Shown in pieces: positions 61,792 to 64,000 of a stretch of 64,000 nt of DNA. The translations under genes and the position numbers were made by a program. This DNA comes from Flavobacteriales bacterium (GTDB taxonomy: Bacteria > Bacteroidota > Bacteroidia > Flavobacteriales_F > PHOS-HE28): positions 1,284 through 65,283 of the forward strand of contig JAEUTC010000219.1 in NCBI GenBank assembly GCA_016787985.1, written 5' to 3'. A model generated the notes under the pieces. That model did not search any database. It was not told the DNA's origin and saw only the letters and a list, made by a program, of their open reading frames with translations. Numbering within the stretch: the first letter of the stretch is position 1; every line of letters begins with the position of its first letter.

Positions 61792-62232
61792 ATGGCAATC
61801 AACCGCAAAGCGACCGCCACTTGGAAAGGGACCGGCAAAGAAGGAGCCGGCAGTGTGACCACCATGAGCGGTGCGTTGAACGAGCTACCCCACTCCTTCT
61901 TAACACGTTTCGTGAGCGAGGATGGTAGGGCCGGTACGAACCCGGAAGAGTTGATCGCTGCGGCCCACGCGAGTTGTTTCACCATGAAGCTGAGTTTCGT
62001 ATTGAACGCGGCTGGCTACACCGCGGATAACCTGGAATGCACGGCCAACGTGAAGATGGACAAGGTGGGTGATGGCATGGGTGTGGTGGGTATCCACCTT
62101 GAACTGAAAGGTTCGGTGCCGGGGATGACCGCCGAGAAGTTCCAAGAGTGTGCGGAAGACGCCAAAGTCAATTGCCCGATCAGCCAATTGCTCAGGAGCG
62201 TTCCCATCACCCTGAGCGCGTTGCTGGCCTAG
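61792..62232 (+). CDS. osmC: OsmC-type peroxiredoxin
   Basis: TNPEELIAAAHASCFTMKLSF ... AKVNCPISQLL carries the two conserved Cys of OsmC. Confidence 0.85.
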   Translation: MAINRKATATWKGTGKEGAGSVTTMSGALNELPHSFLTRFVSEDGRAGTNPEELIAAAHASCFTMKLSFVLNAAGYTADNLECTANVKMDKVGDGMGVVGIHLELKGSVPGMTAEKFQECAEDAKVNCPISQLLRSVPITLSALLA

Positions 62233-62265
62233 GTTCCGGGCGTTTCGGCTTCCACCCTATCCGGC

Positions 62266-63279
62266 ATGTTGCGCTCGCTTCCCGTGGAGGATTGGCTCAC
62301 TTTGGAGCCGCCCATCATCGATGTGCGATCACCAGGTGAATTCGCGCGAGGCCACATTCCCGGTGCGCACAATGTTCCCTTGTTCACCAACGAAGAACGC
62401 GCTATAGTAGGTACACTGTACAAGCAAAAGGGCCGTGACCCAGCCGTGTTGGAAGGTCTCCGGTTGGTAGGGCCAAAACTTGCTTGGTTGGTGGAGGAAG
62501 CTCAACGCCTCGCTCCTACCGGCCGTATTCGTGTGCATTGCTGGCGTGGCGGTGAACGCAGCGGCAGCGTAGGCTGGTTATTGGACAAAGCCGGCTTCGT
62601 GGACGTGTTCACCCTGAAGCGAGGTTACAAGGGTTTCCGGGCGCATGCGCAAGCGACGCTCAGGAGTCCCTTCCTGTTGAAGGTGCTCGGTGGCTTCACC
62701 GGAAGCGGCAAAACAGAATCGCTGAAGCACCTCGGTCGATGCGGCGCGCAGGTGGTCGATCTTGAAGCCCTTGCGGATCACAAGGGTTCGGCCTTCGGTG
62801 CGCTAGGCCAGCTCCCTCAGCCTACCACTGAACATTTCGAGAACAGGCTATGGTCAGCACTAGCGGCCCTCGATCCATCACGTCCCATCTGGGTGGAGGA
62901 TGAAAGTGCGATGATCGGAAGAGTGAATGTGCCGAGCGCTTTCTTCGCGGCGATGCGCGCTGCTCCCCTCTACTTCGTTGAAGTGCCACAAGAGGAACGT
63001 GCGAAGCGCTTGGTAGAGCACTATGGTCACTTTCCGAAAGAACAACTTGCGGGATCGATCCAGCGTATCGCCAAGCGCATGGGGCCACAGCATTGCAAGA
63101 ACGCGCTCTTGGCGTTGGACGAAGGTGATCTGGAACAAGTGGCCCTGCTCGCTCTTCGCTATTATGACAAGGCCTATCTCCATGGAGCATCACTCCGGGA
63201 CCCTATGCGCGTGATCAAGTTGACGGCCTCCGCCAACGACCCTGAAGCCCTGGCTCGCCAATTGAACGAACTCCCATGA
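62266..63279 (+). CDS. mnmH: tRNA 2-selenouridine synthase
   Basis: Rhodanese domain ([32 protein letters not shown]) followed by a P-loop GGFTGSGKT. Confidence 0.9.
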   Translation: MLRSLPVEDWLTLEPPIIDVRSPGEFARGHIPGAHNVPLFTNEERAIVGTLYKQKGRDPAVLEGLRLVGPKLAWLVEEAQRLAPTGRIRVHCWRGGERSGSVGWLLDKAGFVDVFTLKRGYKGFRAHAQATLRSPFLLKVLGGFTGSGKTESLKHLGRCGAQVVDLEALADHKGSAFGALGQLPQPTTEHFENRLWSALAALDPSRPIWVEDESAMIGRVNVPSAFFAAMRAAPLYFVEVPQEERAKRLVEHYGHFPKEQLAGSIQRIAKRMGPQHCKNALLALDEGDLEQVALLALRYYDKAYLHGASLRDPMRVIKLTASANDPEALARQLNELP

Positions 63280-64000
63280 CGCCTGCCTCCGACCCCATTC
63301 GCCTTACCCGGTTCAGCCATGGCGCAGGTTGTGGCTGCAAGATCCCACCGGCCCAGTTGGAGGTCATTCTGAAAAGCAGCATCGGTACTTTTCCGGATCC
63401 CGCGTTGCTCGTAGGCTATGGCTCGCGCGATGATGCCGCTGTATACTCCATCGGTGATGGCCGCTGTATCATCAGCACAACGGACTTCTTTTCCCCGATC
63501 GTCGATGATCCCCATGACTTCGGTCGCATCGCTGCCACGAACGCGCTGAGCGATGTGTACGCCATGGGTGGAAAGCCCCTCTTGGCTGTGGCGATCCTCG
63601 GGTGGCCCATTGAGAAACTCCCTGCGGAGTTGGCTCAACAAGTGCTGGAAGGCGGCCGAAGATCATGCCATGAAGCCGGTATCGCCTTGGCAGGGGGGCA
63701 TAGCATCGATGCGCCTGAACCCTTCTTCGGGCTTGCTGTAACAGGGGAAGTCCTTGGAACGAATTTGAAAAGGAATGACACGGCCCACGATGGTGACCTG
63801 CTCTACCTTACCAAGCCCATCGGCACGGGAATTCTCAGCACCGCGCTGAAGCGGGATCTCCTATCGCCAAAGGATTCCCAGGAACTCTTGGATACTATGA
63901 TGCGACCCAACGTGCTGGGTTATGAGTTCGGTAAGATGTCTACCGTCCATGCCCTCACGGATGTGACGGGGTTCGGGCTGCTCGGCCATCTGCTCGAGAT
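63276..64000 (+). CDS. selD: Selenide, water dikinase SelD (3' end outside window)
   Basis: It is not in the ORF track because it has no stop in the window. The ATG at 63276 overlaps the mnmH stop (ATGA). My translation is [32 protein letters not shown]...DDAAVY...[32 protein letters not shown]. The active-site position is Cys, not TGA. Confidence 0.9.
   Translation, partial: MTPASDPIRLTRFSHGAGCGCKIPPAQLEVILKSSIGTFPDPALLVGYGSRDDAAVYSIGDGRCIISTTDFFSPIVDDPHDFGRIAATNALSDVYAMGGKPLLAVAILGWPIEKLPAELAQQVLEGGRRSCHEAGIALAGGHSIDAPEPFFGLAVTGEVLGTNLKRNDTAHDGDLLYLTKPIGTGILSTALKRDLLSPKDSQELLDTMMRPNVLGYEFGKMSTVHALTDVTGFGLLGHLLE

Noticed and set aside
1-64000. Mobile elements, prophage, integrons, tRNA or rRNA genes
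   Set aside because: I recognised no transposase, integrase, recombinase, phage structural gene, attC-like site or tRNA T-loop (GGTTCGANTCC) in any gap. This rests on reading by eye and could miss degenerate elements.

Overview
This 64-kb chromosomal segment most likely comes from a high-GC member of Bacteroidota. Four proteins end in T9SS (Por-type) C-terminal sorting domains. Several gene starts are preceded by the Bacteroidota TAnnTTTG -7 box. Housekeeping genes are present (rny-zapA, gcvT, folD, ffh, mnmH-selD). I call about 75 CDS, one pseudogene, several hairpin terminators and a few candidate promoters and operators. I found no rRNA, tRNA, CRISPR array, transposase or integrase. Many long ORFs in the six-frame track are antisense shadow ORFs typical of GC-rich DNA and were discarded. 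Several starts were moved to internal ATGs where the track ORF began at a GTG or TTG far upstream. Operon structure is supported by eight ATGA stop/start overlaps.

The most unusual region is 53.7-61.7 kb. It is an ArsR-headed, single-strand array of 17 tightly packed genes. It holds eight SRPBCC/AHSA1 paralogs, a rifampin ADP-ribosyltransferase (Arr) homolog, an AlkD-like DNA alkylation repair protein, a GyrI-like protein, and DoxX, DUF1428 and DUF1801 proteins. The array is punctuated by GATC-rich 8-bp tandem repeats and long hairpins built from the same repeat unit.

Other items worth a second look:
- an SdpR-SdpI-CPBP immunity-like operon with no toxin gene
- a PIN/ribbon-helix-helix toxin-antitoxin pair beside ffh, next to a perfect 22-bp hairpin
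- a 970-aa Cys-rich modular T9SS protein (module order A-A-B-A-B-A)
- a propeller-type sensor kinase/NarL pair followed by a palindrome, a lipoprotein and a stand-alone WD40 protein
- a bacterial SET-domain protein
- several conserved proteins of unknown function
- two large apparently non-coding gaps (38.05-38.81 kb and 52.30-52.79 kb)

All family names come from my recognition of motifs in the translated ORFs. No database search was run.
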